In this document: one piece after another, positions 38,223-48,619 of the stretch
Layout: each line of letters begins with the position of its first letter
Position numbering within the stretch: position 1 is the first letter of the stretch
Origin: a virus
Taxonomy: Duplodnaviria > Caudoviricetes
Reading direction: 5' to 3' (one strand)
DNA length: 56,534 nucleotides
IMG/VR virus record: IMGVR_UViG_3300007276_000059
Span: 1-56,534 of that record
The notes under the pieces: model-generated
What the model saw: the letters and a program-made list of their open reading frames with translations, nothing else
Told to the model about the DNA's origin: nothing
The model's database searches: none
Translations under genes and position numbers: made by a program

Positions 38223-40451
38223 TTAAATTTCACATGAACCACCTGCACAAGCAACTGCTCCAATCGTATTAACATCTATATAAGATGGCTTGGTCAGTAT
38301 TGATGTAAAATCTACTGGCTTAAACTTCTTCGTAATTACGTTCCATTTATGCCACAGATGAACATCTTTCATACAGTAAACAGTTTCTTTTAGATCTCCC
38401 TTAAGATATCTTCTTGAGAACTGCTTAGCTCTCCTTAACCATTCTTTCTTCAGCAACACTTGTGATTTTGTACCATCAAGAGGTAAATCTTTATTCAAGA
38501 TATGCTCCGTCGCAGTCCATAGATCCTCATTAAAATAATGTAATCCATCTACAATTAATCCTGACATAAACATCACTCCATCTCCATATCTATCAACTAA
38601 CTCCTGTGTATTCAACACTGAAGTAAAAGGTGCTTGATTCCAATCTTTATCACCATAGTTTGACATGAATGAAACTGCAGTAAAATCTGCTTGATTCTCA
38701 AACAGGTAATCCACTATTTCCTTCTTATCATCAATGATAACTGTATTGCTTACATTGTGTTCTGTCTTAGGATTATAAGCTCTTTCTGGAACTCCACCTG
38801 GTCTAACCCAATGTTTCTGAACTAACTTAATAAGTTCGAGATGCTTAATTCCTGTCATCTCATCTTTATACAATGTACCTTCAGGGTTTTCACACGGAGT
38901 AAACACTGCGTAGTCTGAATTAGTAGCTGAATAAACTCCCTCCTCTAACATTTCTGGTCGATTAGCTGTCATCCATTGAGCTGTTTCCATCCCTTTGTTT
39001 AACTGCATCACTCTGAAATACCTTGGAGAATGCTCAGGATGTATTCCTGAAGCTGTCTCTAATATTACAGAAGCATTACCAGAAGGCTTAACTGTAGTGG
39101 TTCTCGCTGCTGGATTTATTCCAATGTGAGATGCTACGACTTTATTAGTCTCTAAGACTATTCTTGCTCCTTCTTCTAATATTTCTGCATTAAACAACTC
39201 TGGTTGAGTCATCCATCCTGTAATTGAGACACCTAATAGGGCTTCTCCTGCAACTATATCCTCTGTTTCTTTACCTAGATAAGGAAAGTCTGTGTATCCT
39301 GCTTGAAGTGTTCCTAACTTCGATGCAGCTTCACATAACTCATAGAACTTCTCTTTAGAGAAATTACCTTTCTTATCTACACAAGCTGACGCTGATATTT
39401 CATTTAAGTTACAAAATTGGAATGCCGAATAGTCAAGATCTTTTATTTGTTCGTAAAAGTTAAATCCTATTTCAAAACATGGGTTAAACATCTCATCTTC
39501 ATGAGACATAAATACAAATCCTATGTCTGATATCCCATCATTCAATGATACTAAGTATTCAAAAGCATCCTTAGAGAATTTATCTCTAATCAATCCTACT
39601 GAATTATTAGATCTTTCTCTCCACGGAGTACTAACCCTCCAGTCACCTGTCTTAGCATGTATCATTTCAATATCATCCTCATCAATAATAACATCCATTG
39701 CGGATCTTCTTACTCCTCCAGATAATACTGCATCTGATAAATGCATGAATGTATCATATGTAACAAGATTTCTTAAAACACAAGAGTCTCCTCCATTATT
39801 GTCAATATCTTGATCGTACATTCTTTCAATTCTCTCAAATGCCTGCTGTAATCCTTCATGTCCGGGTGCTTTAAAGCCTCCTGTTATTAAAGATCCTTTA
39901 GGCCTTATTTTGGAATAATCAAACTTAATCTCATACCCAAAGTATTCAGGCAATAATGAATTATGCTTAGAATAAGAACTAGATAAAACTCTCATTCCGT
40001 CTGCCCATCCTTCGATAGAATCATCTACCACATAAGTCTTAGTGCCTTTACGCCTCCTGTGTATTGGAGGCAATTGAGAAGTAAACTTTTTCTTTAAAGA
40101 AACCCCTAAGCCTGTTCCTGATAATAATACCCAGAATCCTTTATGGAATACGTCAGGTGAATTAGCATACGTTGTGCAACAGTTATATAACTTTGCATTG
40201 TTACGTAATATCAAGTCCTCTCTGAACTGTAAATTTCTTTGTGATGCCAACATATCCTTATTCAAATAATAAGGCTCTATCTCTTCCAAAAGCTTATTCA
40301 CCTTCTTACCATACTTCATTCTGTGAGTGTTCAGTACTTTTTTAACTGCTTCACTCCATAGCTCAGGTCTTCCTAATTTCTCATCCCACTTCAAATAATC
40401 TGAATATAACTTCAGATCTGAAATAAAATGCTTTCCTTTGTTTCTTGTCAT
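38223..40451 (-). CDS. nrdJ: Ribonucleotide reductase, probably class II adenosylcobalamin-dependent monomeric (RTPR-like)
   Basis: LYNCC, GGVRRSA, NPCFEI, FCNLNEI, TTVKPSG, QAPF and C-terminal CAGGSCEI; no beta subunit in the window. Confidence 0.8.
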   Translation of the reverse strand: MTRNKGKHFISDLKLYSDYLKWDEKLGRPELWSEAVKKVLNTHRMKYGKKVNKLLEEIEPYYLNKDMLASQRNLQFREDLILRNNAKLYNCCTTYANSPDVFHKGFWVLLSGTGLGVSLKKKFTSQLPPIHRRRKGTKTYVVDDSIEGWADGMRVLSSSYSKHNSLLPEYFGYEIKFDYSKIRPKGSLITGGFKAPGHEGLQQAFERIERMYDQDIDNNGGDSCVLRNLVTYDTFMHLSDAVLSGGVRRSAMDVIIDEDDIEMIHAKTGDWRVSTPWRERSNNSVGLIRDKFSKDAFEYLVSLNDGISDIGFVFMSHEDEMFNPCFEIGFNFYEQIKDLDYSAFQFCNLNEISASACVDKKGNFSKEKFYELCEAASKLGTLQAGYTDFPYLGKETEDIVAGEALLGVSITGWMTQPELFNAEILEEGARIVLETNKVVASHIGINPAARTTTVKPSGNASVILETASGIHPEHSPRYFRVMQLNKGMETAQWMTANRPEMLEEGVYSATNSDYAVFTPCENPEGTLYKDEMTGIKHLELIKLVQKHWVRPGGVPERAYNPKTEHNVSNTVIIDDKKEIVDYLFENQADFTAVSFMSNYGDKDWNQAPFTSVLNTQELVDRYGDGVMFMSGLIVDGLHYFNEDLWTATEHILNKDLPLDGTKSQVLLKKEWLRRAKQFSRRYLKGDLKETVYCMKDVHLWHKWNVITKKFKPVDFTSILTKPSYIDVNTIGAVACAGGSCEI

Positions 40452-40949
40452 TTAAAATAATTTAATCCACACTCCTGGATTTTCTTTATCCACTGAGTAT
40501 AATGGTTTGTCTCTAATTTTACCCTCAACAGGCAAATGCCCATCAATTGTCATAGGTACTGGAAAAACATATTTAACATTATCATCTTCAATAAAGTCAT
40601 GAGCTGTCAATAAATCTTGAATCAACTCTACACTATTACTGAAATCAAATAATCTCTTACTGCCTCTTACTTGATGGTATCCTATTATCAGGGGATCACC
40701 TTTACCTGCTCTCATTGTTTCAAACGCTGTTCTTAAAGCTTCAAATTTATTAGGTCTGAGGGGATCTTTATACCCTTTAATCTCTTTCTTACGAGAATTA
40801 AAGTGTTGAATACCTAGACTCCTAATAAATTTAGACACCGTTGGGGAATGAAATATTCCCCTAGATGTCTTAACTTTAGAATTTTTCAGCGAAGGAACAT
40901 TCCCTGGTATGAATATCATATCAATGGGCTTCTTTCTGTTTTCTAACAT
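40452..40949 (-). CDS. RusA-like Holliday junction resolvase
   Basis: 'GNVPSLKNS', 'FDFSN....IQDLL', 'IEDDN'; alternative start at 40919. Confidence 0.7.
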   Translation of the reverse strand: MLENRKKPIDMIFIPGNVPSLKNSKVKTSRGIFHSPTVSKFIRSLGIQHFNSRKKEIKGYKDPLRPNKFEALRTAFETMRAGKGDPLIIGYHQVRGSKRLFDFSNSVELIQDLLTAHDFIEDDNVKYVFPVPMTIDGHLPVEGKIRDKPLYSVDKENPGVWIKLF

Positions 40950-41253
40950 TTCCTGCTTTTAATAAGTTAATAAAATCCTCAATCTCTCTCTTTTTGATTG
41001 GGCCTGCTATATCTCTGTTCCATAGGGTACATAAGCTAACATCAGTCCACTTATCACCCTGCTGGTCACGAAGATACAAATAATCTCCTGAAGCTACAAG
41101 GGATTTTGAGAATTTATTACTTTGATAAATAATATAATTCCATCCATGAAAACTATCCTCTTTAAAGCCTAATTCCTCAAGAATTATCAATTCACTAACC
41201 ACATTACAAAATTTATTAGAAAATTTTCCATGACTTCTTTCTTTTAAAGCCAT
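40921..41253 (-). CDS. Hypothetical protein
   Basis: 110-aa ORF, TAATG coupled. Confidence 0.6.
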   Translation of the reverse strand: MALKERSHGKFSNKFCNVVSELIILEELGFKEDSFHGWNYIIYQSNKFSKSLVASGDYLYLRDQQGDKWTDVSLCTLWNRDIAGPIKKREIEDFINLLKAGNVRKQKEAH

Positions 41254-42749
41254 TATTTACAGTATTCGAATTTACTATTATCAGAGTCATAAGCCACGCA
41301 TTGACCAGTTGCTCTATATTGAGCAAACGCGTCGTTGCCGTTGCTATTGAACTGTGTTCCTCCAATACCTATCCAGAAAGCTCTCTTACTATACTCACGA
41401 CAGCTATCATGTCCATCAGTGATAACAACAGAATTGTTACCATTGATTTTAATCTTCTCAACTACTTTGTTGAAATTTGTTCCACCAGTCTTAGAAAAAC
41501 TCAAAATACTAATCTCATTAACGTTATTAATCTCATAAAGAGATCCGTCAAAGAAATATAGATTCTCAATCATTCCCATTCTGTATAAAACCATTGCAAT
41601 ACCCTTAGCAAGATCTATCATTCTAATCGAGTGACCTTCAAAAGTTTCAGTATAATTCATAGAACTAGAGCAATCAAGATATAAATCCATCTTACCCTTG
41701 TATAATCTAGTCTCATTACCAATATTCATAATCTCTGCATTCCTAAATATAGGATGTAAGAATTCAAGACCAAATAGATCTTCACATTCCTCACAATCAA
41801 ACAGTGATTCTTCAACTCTTTTGAATTTAGAAGAAAAGTAGTTCATAGACTCATTAAGAATCTTCTCCATCACTTTTTTAATACTCTCCTTATTGATAGA
41901 TACTTTCTTAAGATTCTCCTTCAGCTCATCAATCTCTTCAAGAAACTCTGGATTAGTATTCATCAAATCCTTCATTGCTTCTTTACCTAATTGATCCTCT
42001 AAATCTTTAATCTTCTCATCAGCTTTAGACTTCGCGTCTTCAATATCCTTTTCAGCTTTATCTAACAAGTCTTCAGCTATTTTACTACTAGCTGATTCTC
42101 TGTTACCTGATCCGGAATCTTTACTTGCACCATTATTAGATGAATTCGGATTTCCTGCACTTCCATCTTCTCCTTCTCCATCTCCATCTCCTTGTGCTTC
42201 AGCTTCACCTTCTTGATCTCCACTACCATCACCAGCACCGCTAGCTCCAGTAGAAGATTCTAACCCTTCAGATTCTCCGTCTCCTTCTCCATCACCATTC
42301 TGCTTTTGTTGCTCCTCTTTCATTTCGTCATCTACCTTCTGAAGAACCATTGCTAGTTCTCTCGTTAGTATTTGAGTGTATAAAGGAGAATCTTCAGTAA
42401 CAACTTTAGTAAGAGAGTCGTAAACTTTGTCTATAACTTGATGCCTGATTGAATTATCATCCGTTTCAGGTCTTCTCTTCACATCTTTGTTTACATAAAC
42501 ACTGTAAACATCATTGATTAACTCAGTTGATAACGTACAAGGTTTCTGAGTTTGTTTCTCTACATATTTCTTAACGCCTTCAAGTTTCCTTTTTTCGTAA
42601 CCAGTAACTCCCGGCATTATAATATGATTATCCTTCCTGAATCCAAACATACCATCTCCTGTATTTTTGAATCTGCCATAAGGATCAAAAGTGGGAGCTT
42701 TTATACTCCCACCTTTACCCTTAGCAGTTTTTCTATGAAGAAAACCCAT
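41253..42749 (-). CDS. von Willebrand factor A domain protein (ViaA/CobT-like architecture)
   Basis: MIDAS DCSSS, TGGTNF, ITDG; acidic Gly/Asp/Glu linker. Confidence 0.85.
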   Translation of the reverse strand: MGFLHRKTAKGKGGSIKAPTFDPYGRFKNTGDGMFGFRKDNHIIMPGVTGYEKRKLEGVKKYVEKQTQKPCTLSTELINDVYSVYVNKDVKRRPETDDNSIRHQVIDKVYDSLTKVVTEDSPLYTQILTRELAMVLQKVDDEMKEEQQKQNGDGEGDGESEGLESSTGASGAGDGSGDQEGEAEAQGDGDGEGEDGSAGNPNSSNNGASKDSGSGNRESASSKIAEDLLDKAEKDIEDAKSKADEKIKDLEDQLGKEAMKDLMNTNPEFLEEIDELKENLKKVSINKESIKKVMEKILNESMNYFSSKFKRVEESLFDCEECEDLFGLEFLHPIFRNAEIMNIGNETRLYKGKMDLYLDCSSSMNYTETFEGHSIRMIDLAKGIAMVLYRMGMIENLYFFDGSLYEINNVNEISILSFSKTGGTNFNKVVEKIKINGNNSVVITDGHDSCREYSKRAFWIGIGGTQFNSNGNDAFAQYRATGQCVAYDSDNSKFEYCK

Positions 42750-43792
42750 TAATTATTAAATTGATTAAGAATATCTGCATCCTCTTCAGGTTTAAGGAAG
42801 CTTAATTTACCTTCCTCTTCAACAATTCTTAGTTTTAGATCAGCTTCATCCTGAGTAGTAATTACTTTTGCAACATTAGCATTAGCATAAGCCATTTCTA
42901 ATCTATCATATTGTTTGTTGTACTCATCTGTACTAACACACTGTCCGATAGCATCGATAATGTTATATAACGCTCTAAGCTCTTTAGGTACTAGAGTCTT
43001 AGCTAACTCCTTAGCAACAGCTTTCCCTACTAGTAATTCAGTAGTTTTAACCAAAGCTCTGTCTTGATTCATTTTCCAAACACACATTACATTTTTAACT
43101 AAAATTGGTAAGAATGATAAAGCTCTATCTGATAAATCAGCATGAGTCACATCCAATACTTTCTTTAGTTTACTTTCATCTAAAGTGATACTATCAATAT
43201 CAGATTGCTCTGGTAAATAGATTGTATGATTCTGATTAAATTTCTTACCACCTGCAGCATAGTAATTTAACATATCTGATTGAGATAGTCTAGTTACTTC
43301 ATGGGTGATTAAAAATCTATCCCAAAATGGTGAGTCAACCTCATCATCTGGAATTGAATTACAGGTAGCAATAAAGTTTTGCCATTGACAAGGAACTTTT
43401 TCAGTACCGTTAAATAAAACTTTCTCATTCATAATACCTAACAGGCTGTTTCTTACTGAAGCTGATCCTTTATCAACCTCATTAATAACAACAACCTTAG
43501 CAAGTGTAATTGGTGAGTTAATTTTATATTTATTTGTAGTAGTCAATGCTTCAAGATCCACATTACCCTTGATAGCATTACTCCTAGTGCCTTCATCTGT
43601 TTCTAATAAAAACAAATCATTACCACCTAACTTACCTAAACTAGCTTTTGCATAATCAATAACAGCGGCAGTCTTAGCAACACCTGGAGGGCCAATTAAT
43701 AGTATTGGAGTGTTTACAGCTTCTCCCAAAGCCATTATTTTGAAGGTTTCTTCCTTCTTCATTAAATTAGTTGAAATTTGTCTTTCAATCAT
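42749..43792 (-). CDS. MoxR/RavA-family AAA+ ATPase
   Basis: Walker A GPPGVAKT, Walker B VINEVDK, 'NSLL..MNEK', ATCN, DRF; coupled to the vWA gene. Confidence 0.85.
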   Translation of the reverse strand: MIERQISTNLMKKEETFKIMALGEAVNTPILLIGPPGVAKTAAVIDYAKASLGKLGGNDLFLLETDEGTRSNAIKGNVDLEALTTTNKYKINSPITLAKVVVINEVDKGSASVRNSLLGIMNEKVLFNGTEKVPCQWQNFIATCNSIPDDEVDSPFWDRFLITHEVTRLSQSDMLNYYAAGGKKFNQNHTIYLPEQSDIDSITLDESKLKKVLDVTHADLSDRALSFLPILVKNVMCVWKMNQDRALVKTTELLVGKAVAKELAKTLVPKELRALYNIIDAIGQCVSTDEYNKQYDRLEMAYANANVAKVITTQDEADLKLRIVEEEGKLSFLKPEEDADILNQFNN

Positions 43793-43812
43793 GATTCTAA
43801 ATTTTTAAATGT

Positions 43813-44901
43813 TTATATTATTTTTTTTAATTCTTCTTCTCTCAGTCTTTCCTTAATTAATGTCACTAATAAGTGCTTTAATTCTGGACTACTGATCGCG
43901 TCAAGGTAATCTGATGGATCTTTAATTCCATATTGCCTACATACATCCGTAGATATTTCAATTTGTAAGAACCCTGTCATGTCACATAACTTCTGACCTG
44001 CATTTCTGCCCGGATTCTTATCATTTGTATAATCATTGTCATATAAGACAAAGATCTCTTTAAATCTACCTTTCAGTTCGTCTGTTACACTCATCTTAGG
44101 ATTTACTCCCTCACTTTGAAGTGAGCATGCTGTAATAGTTTCTGAAGGAAAAAGACTTTTTATAACCATGGCATCTTTTCTACTACTCGTAATTATTAGG
44201 ATGTCACCTTTTTCTGGTAACTGAGTCCATAATTCCCAAGTAGAAAAGTCATTATTGTTAATCCACTTTTCATCATTTTGATTGAAAGGTTGATATATTT
44301 TAAAGGTCTGTATCCCATCTTTTTCTTCAACGAATGCGTAAGCTAAATCATCAGCTTTGGTGCAATAACCGTTAATGAAATAATGTGATATTGGAAATAC
44401 ATTGCAGTACTCCAATTGATCCTTTGTCAATTCATATTTGCCACTCCAGTAATTTTTATCTCGGATCTTCCAATCCCTAGTTCGAATACTTATTCTGATT
44501 CTATCTGATTTAATAGACTTCTTTCTGTTACTCTTAGACACATAGGGCTTTTTTGGGGAAGAATACGAAATAGGAGGATTTAATTCGAATTGAGTTAATT
44601 GAAAATCAGAAGCAATTTTGTTGAATGTCTCAACTTTGCTCTGTAAATTAAATAGTCTCATCACGAAAAGAAAACAATCTCCTGTTTCTCCTGTTGCAAA
44701 ATCTTTAAAGAATATCTTATTATGTTGATCGCTATGGAACAAACTAAAAGAAGGCTTAGAGTCCTCTCTTAATGGACTGCTAATTGCCTTTCTCGGTATT
44801 CCACCTAGATACATTTCGAATATCTCTAAATCTGAAACAGCACTTAATATGTCATTACTGTTAGGTAATTTCTTGTGATCTTTACTCTTTCCAAAAGCCA
44901 T
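43813..44901 (-). CDS. DnaG-type primase (crAss type)
   Basis: Degenerate Zn-ribbon 'SPLREDSKPSF...FKDFATGETGDCF'; TOPRIM IITSSRKD, YDND; KDPSD. Confidence 0.85.
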   Translation of the reverse strand: MAFGKSKDHKKLPNSNDILSAVSDLEIFEMYLGGIPRKAISSPLREDSKPSFSLFHSDQHNKIFFKDFATGETGDCFLFVMRLFNLQSKVETFNKIASDFQLTQFELNPPISYSSPKKPYVSKSNRKKSIKSDRIRISIRTRDWKIRDKNYWSGKYELTKDQLEYCNVFPISHYFINGYCTKADDLAYAFVEEKDGIQTFKIYQPFNQNDEKWINNNDFSTWELWTQLPEKGDILIITSSRKDAMVIKSLFPSETITACSLQSEGVNPKMSVTDELKGRFKEIFVLYDNDYTNDKNPGRNAGQKLCDMTGFLQIEISTDVCRQYGIKDPSDYLDAISSPELKHLLVTLIKERLREEELKKII

Positions 44902-44922
44902 ATTGTTGTGTTTAAGGTTAAT

Positions 44923-44957
44923 AAAAATGAGCTATAAAAATTAATTTATAGCTCATT
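44923..44957 (-). terminator. Terminator downstream of the SSB-like gene
   Basis: 13-bp AATGAGCTATAAA/TTTATAGCTCATT stem followed by T5 on the minus strand. Confidence 0.7.
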
Positions 44958-44981
44958 GTATTATAATATTGATGTTAAATC

Positions 44982-45902
44982 CTAGCCATCTAACCAGTCA
45001 TCATCACCTTCGGTGATTCCATCTGCAGGAGCTTCTGCAACGGCAAATACATCTAATTGACTGGTATTTTCAGTGGATACTTCTGTTGGAGTAATCTCAA
45101 ACTCACGTAGAGATAAATCTCTCGGGCCAAAGTTTACATTACCAAAAGCACCTGCTGCAACAGCTTCATCTAAATCCTTAAGGATATATTTGAATTTGTC
45201 AGCTCTAGTACCAGCAATTACATACTGACGTAAAGTATGACGGTTGTAAGTTGTTTGAATTAACTTCCCATCTCCTTTAGTTTTAACACCTAATAAAACT
45301 CCAATCTTGTTAGCGGTAGAACTAACTACTGTACGTAGTAAAGTTGTATCTCCTGTAAAGATTTTAGTCCATTCATCTTTATCAATTTTAGCATAAGCTT
45401 CAGATACATTATCCACTTTGTCTAAGTTAAAAGGAAGGTTTAATAAGTTCACTAGGAAAGAGATTAATTCTACCTCACCTCTCTTAGCAACTTTTACACC
45501 ATCAGCACTATACCAAAACATATTGTCTGGCACTTGCTTGCTCTTGATAGCATCTTGATCTAACCACGTATCTCTTCCGAAAGAGTTTATTACTTTGTAC
45601 TTTCCGGTTTGAGATTTGTGATGAGTATCTGCAACATAAAACTGAAGTTTTGTTGTTACAGTATTCTCTTCATTAGCAAGATAAAAATCAAGTCTAATTT
45701 GAGGCACTTCTCTTTCTCCATCAGAATCAGATACCTTCGTGGTACCTATATATTCTGGATCGAAGTTGATCTCACGACCATAAAGAGCCTCTAGCTCAAC
45801 TTTTGTAGGGTTTACTGCCACTACTTTGAAATTTTCAGCTCCAGAGTATAACGCTCTTACACTTCCTTCACCTACTTCTACTTGTTTTCCAAATCCACTC
45901 AT
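44982..45902 (-). CDS. Putative single-stranded DNA-binding protein
   Basis: 'V.AVNPT..EL', 'RLDF' and acidic tail DDDWLDG; lies between the AAA_24 and primase genes. Confidence 0.55.
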   Translation of the reverse strand: MSGFGKQVEVGEGSVRALYSGAENFKVVAVNPTKVELEALYGREINFDPEYIGTTKVSDSDGEREVPQIRLDFYLANEENTVTTKLQFYVADTHHKSQTGKYKVINSFGRDTWLDQDAIKSKQVPDNMFWYSADGVKVAKRGEVELISFLVNLLNLPFNLDKVDNVSEAYAKIDKDEWTKIFTGDTTLLRTVVSSTANKIGVLLGVKTKGDGKLIQTTYNRHTLRQYVIAGTRADKFKYILKDLDEAVAAGAFGNVNFGPRDLSLREFEITPTEVSTENTSQLDVFAVAEAPADGITEGDDDWLDG

Positions 45903-45925
45903 AATTGTCTTCTAAATATTTAATT

Positions 45926-45948
45926 GAGGCTACTTAAGGTGTAGCCTC
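45926..45948. other. Intergenic hairpin
   Basis: GAGGCTAC-TTAAGGT-GTAGCCTC, no clear U-tract. Confidence 0.5.
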
Positions 45949-45972
45949 TTAACCTATATTATTATTTTTAAA

Positions 45973-46707
45973 TTAATCCCAATCTCCAGGTGCTACTGCA
46001 TCAGCAATTTCTAATGCTGGCTCATTCTCAACTGCATCTGCTAATGCATCAGCACCATCAGATTCTCCTGCGTCTCCTTGAGTATCAAATATTGGATTCA
46101 ATTCTTCAGCCTTAGCAACCTCAGCTTGCACTAATTCTTGCAATTGTGCACCAGTAACTTCACCATTGTTAGCTTCTAAAACAGGAGTATCAGCAACAGC
46201 CTCGTTATTTACAACAGCAGGAGCTTCTACAACAGTTCCAACAGCGTCTAAACTGAAAGCCTCTAATTCTTTAGCTTCGAATGCATTCAATTCAAACTCA
46301 ACATTAGATGTATCATCTAATCCTAAGAAGCTGAATATTTCATTACAAGCATGAGAAGAAGTGATAGCCTTACCTTTCTCAGAAGAATCTTCACCATAGG
46401 ATACTTTGTTCTTAGAAGTTTTGTAAGTTACATCAACATCATCCTCAATTGTACTTCTATTAGCAATCAATACTTGGTTTGGTTCATTTTCACCCATTTC
46501 AACAGAAGCAAATACAAACTCTTGAACTTCTCCTACTTCAGCTCCAAGTAATTCTGCAGCTTTAGTATTCATTAAAATTCTTCGAGACTTCTTAGCTCCT
46601 TTTAAACCCTCAACAGTTATTACTGCTTGGTCAGGGTATTTCTCACTTGTAGCTTGTGCTACTGATTGACCTAATCTCTTTGTGCCAAAAATTATTGTTA
46701 CACTCAT
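45973..46707 (-). CDS. Hypothetical protein with long acidic C-terminus
   Basis: 244 aa, ends APGDWD. Confidence 0.75.
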   Translation of the reverse strand: MSVTIIFGTKRLGQSVAQATSEKYPDQAVITVEGLKGAKKSRRILMNTKAAELLGAEVGEVQEFVFASVEMGENEPNQVLIANRSTIEDDVDVTYKTSKNKVSYGEDSSEKGKAITSSHACNEIFSFLGLDDTSNVEFELNAFEAKELEAFSLDAVGTVVEAPAVVNNEAVADTPVLEANNGEVTGAQLQELVQAEVAKAEELNPIFDTQGDAGESDGADALADAVENEPALEIADAVAPGDWD

Positions 46708-46754
46708 TTTACTATGTTATTTAAAATTAAAATTAAAATTATTGTTGTTTGAAT

Positions 46755-47459
46755 TTATTCTCCGTCTTCAAACTTACGGATTGCTTCTATTACAGCCTTC
46801 ATATCATTAGGAATAATTTGTCCTGCAAACATTCCTTCTGGACTCTTAGCCATGTTAGTTGTATTGTTCTGAGTCATAAAACCATAACTTACGTCATTAC
46901 CTTTCTTCTCTACAACAGTTTCTAAGATGTATAAGAACATTCCTTCTGGCTTAACTACATCCTGAACTAACTTACCACCTGGTACGCCAAATACAGTTCT
47001 GTCAACTCCATTAAAACTCTTAACTTCTGTGTGAGCCATAACTACAACAGTAAGATCTTCTCTAAGTCCATCAATAGATTTTAATGTCTTGTAAACATTA
47101 TCACCCATCTCTGTAAACTTAGCGTATCCAACTGTCTTAGCTTTAGACATAAACTCTGCAATCATTGCATAAGTTATAGTATCAATGATAACCGTATTAA
47201 TGTCAGGTCTGTTCTTTGATATAAAATTCATTAAAGAAACTATCTCACCCCAATTGGTTGTCTTGTAAAAGTTAGATGTTTTAGCATCTAGCTTTAAGCC
47301 AAGAGAATCCATGTTAGAAACATAGTTCTTTTTCCATCCTCTAAAAGGCAAAGCCTTCTCATCTGGACAGATAATAAATGTTGTTTTTGGATCTAGTGTT
47401 CCTAATGACCAGGTCTTTCCTGTTCCACTGTAACCTGTTACTAAAATTTTGTTAGCCAT
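46755..47459 (-). CDS. AAA_24 / Sak4-like P-loop ATPase
   Basis: GYSGTGKT, IIDT, MAH, 'AKSP.GMF....IPND'. Confidence 0.8.
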   Translation of the reverse strand: MANKILVTGYSGTGKTWSLGTLDPKTTFIICPDEKALPFRGWKKNYVSNMDSLGLKLDAKTSNFYKTTNWGEIVSLMNFISKNRPDINTVIIDTITYAMIAEFMSKAKTVGYAKFTEMGDNVYKTLKSIDGLREDLTVVVMAHTEVKSFNGVDRTVFGVPGGKLVQDVVKPEGMFLYILETVVEKKGNDVSYGFMTQNNTTNMAKSPEGMFAGQIIPNDMKAVIEAIRKFEDGE

Positions 47460-47775
47460 TTTCTTTTTCTTGTTTTAATGATTCTACACTCTCATTGTAT
47501 GATGCAAGAAGTAAGTCCTTAGACATTAAAAAAGCTATCTCTCTCTTAGTGAAAGCTTCCTCAACCCCCTTGGTTACTGTTGCAACTGGGTTCTCTGTTT
47601 TAGAGTCAACAACTAAATTATTAAATAGCTCTGCATGTCTAGCTTGGAACCCTTCGATATCAGTGATTCCACAAGCATTCATGTCATTGTCAAAATTAGT
47701 TGGTTCGTATTCTCCGTGTTCAGGAAGCTCAATTTTATCAACTTCCTTTCTTTTAAAAAAATCTGTTTTACTCAT
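47452..47775 (-). CDS. Hypothetical protein
   Basis: 107-aa ORF overlapping both neighbours by 8 nt. Confidence 0.65.
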   Translation of the reverse strand: MSKTDFFKRKEVDKIELPEHGEYEPTNFDNDMNACGITDIEGFQARHAELFNNLVVDSKTENPVATVTKGVEEAFTKREIAFLMSKDLLLASYNESVESLKQEKENG

Positions 47776-48619
47776 CTTTAACGCTTAAAATTTGCTTAAT
47801 CTCTAGTAATTTATTTCTGTTACCAAATTTAGTGATTTCTGGTGAAACTACCAAATTTATATGAGTTAATTTCACTGCATTATCTTTGATAAGTCCTTGA
47901 ATTTTAGCATTTTCATCAAGAAGTTCCTCAATCTCTTGAGATTTCTTAGTACTAACACTTTTTGCAGATTTTAATGCCCTCTGAGTCTTCTCTAATTCAT
48001 CCTTCGCGTCTCTTGCTTCTTTCTCTAAAATTGGATTAAGAGTTAAGGCTTCTCTTGCGTTTTTCTTCAACTCATCAAGTGCTTCAGCTTTCATATCAGC
48101 AGAAACTTGGTCAAGACCTCGCATTGTTATTTCTTCAGGATGATCAGCAGTAACCTGTTGATCTTCCTTGTAAAATAAATCATGTAAATTCTCTGCATTG
48201 AAATCATACTCACGACTAACATAATCAATTAAATGATCTAAATCACGAGTCATGTGTCTCAATGGCTCATGATTACCACGATGCATCCCGAAATGATCAG
48301 TATCACCCATAAATCTTGAATTCTTATGCATTCCACCTTGAGCTTCAGAAATAATTCTTCTGATAACTTGATTAATCTTAAGGTTAAGATGTCTTCTAAT
48401 GTCAACAACAGGCATTCGAGTCTTAACCATAGTTGAGACACTTTTCCTTTGAACAATAGTAACAATCTTTTCATTAGACTTCAGAGCTTCAATTTTCTCT
48501 TTGTTGGCTTTATCCAACTTGTCATTTAACTTCTTCTCTCTTTTCAGAGATTTCTCAAGAAGATTAGCATTTTCTTTCATCAGTTCATATTCACTGATAT
48601 CTAATTCTACTTTTGCCAT
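47768..48619 (-). CDS. Coiled-coil hypothetical protein
   Basis: 283 aa, E/K heptad-rich. Confidence 0.7.
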   Translation of the reverse strand: MAKVELDISEYELMKENANLLEKSLKREKKLNDKLDKANKEKIEALKSNEKIVTIVQRKSVSTMVKTRMPVVDIRRHLNLKINQVIRRIISEAQGGMHKNSRFMGDTDHFGMHRGNHEPLRHMTRDLDHLIDYVSREYDFNAENLHDLFYKEDQQVTADHPEEITMRGLDQVSADMKAEALDELKKNAREALTLNPILEKEARDAKDELEKTQRALKSAKSVSTKKSQEIEELLDENAKIQGLIKDNAVKLTHINLVVSPEITKFGNRNKLLEIKQILSVKDE

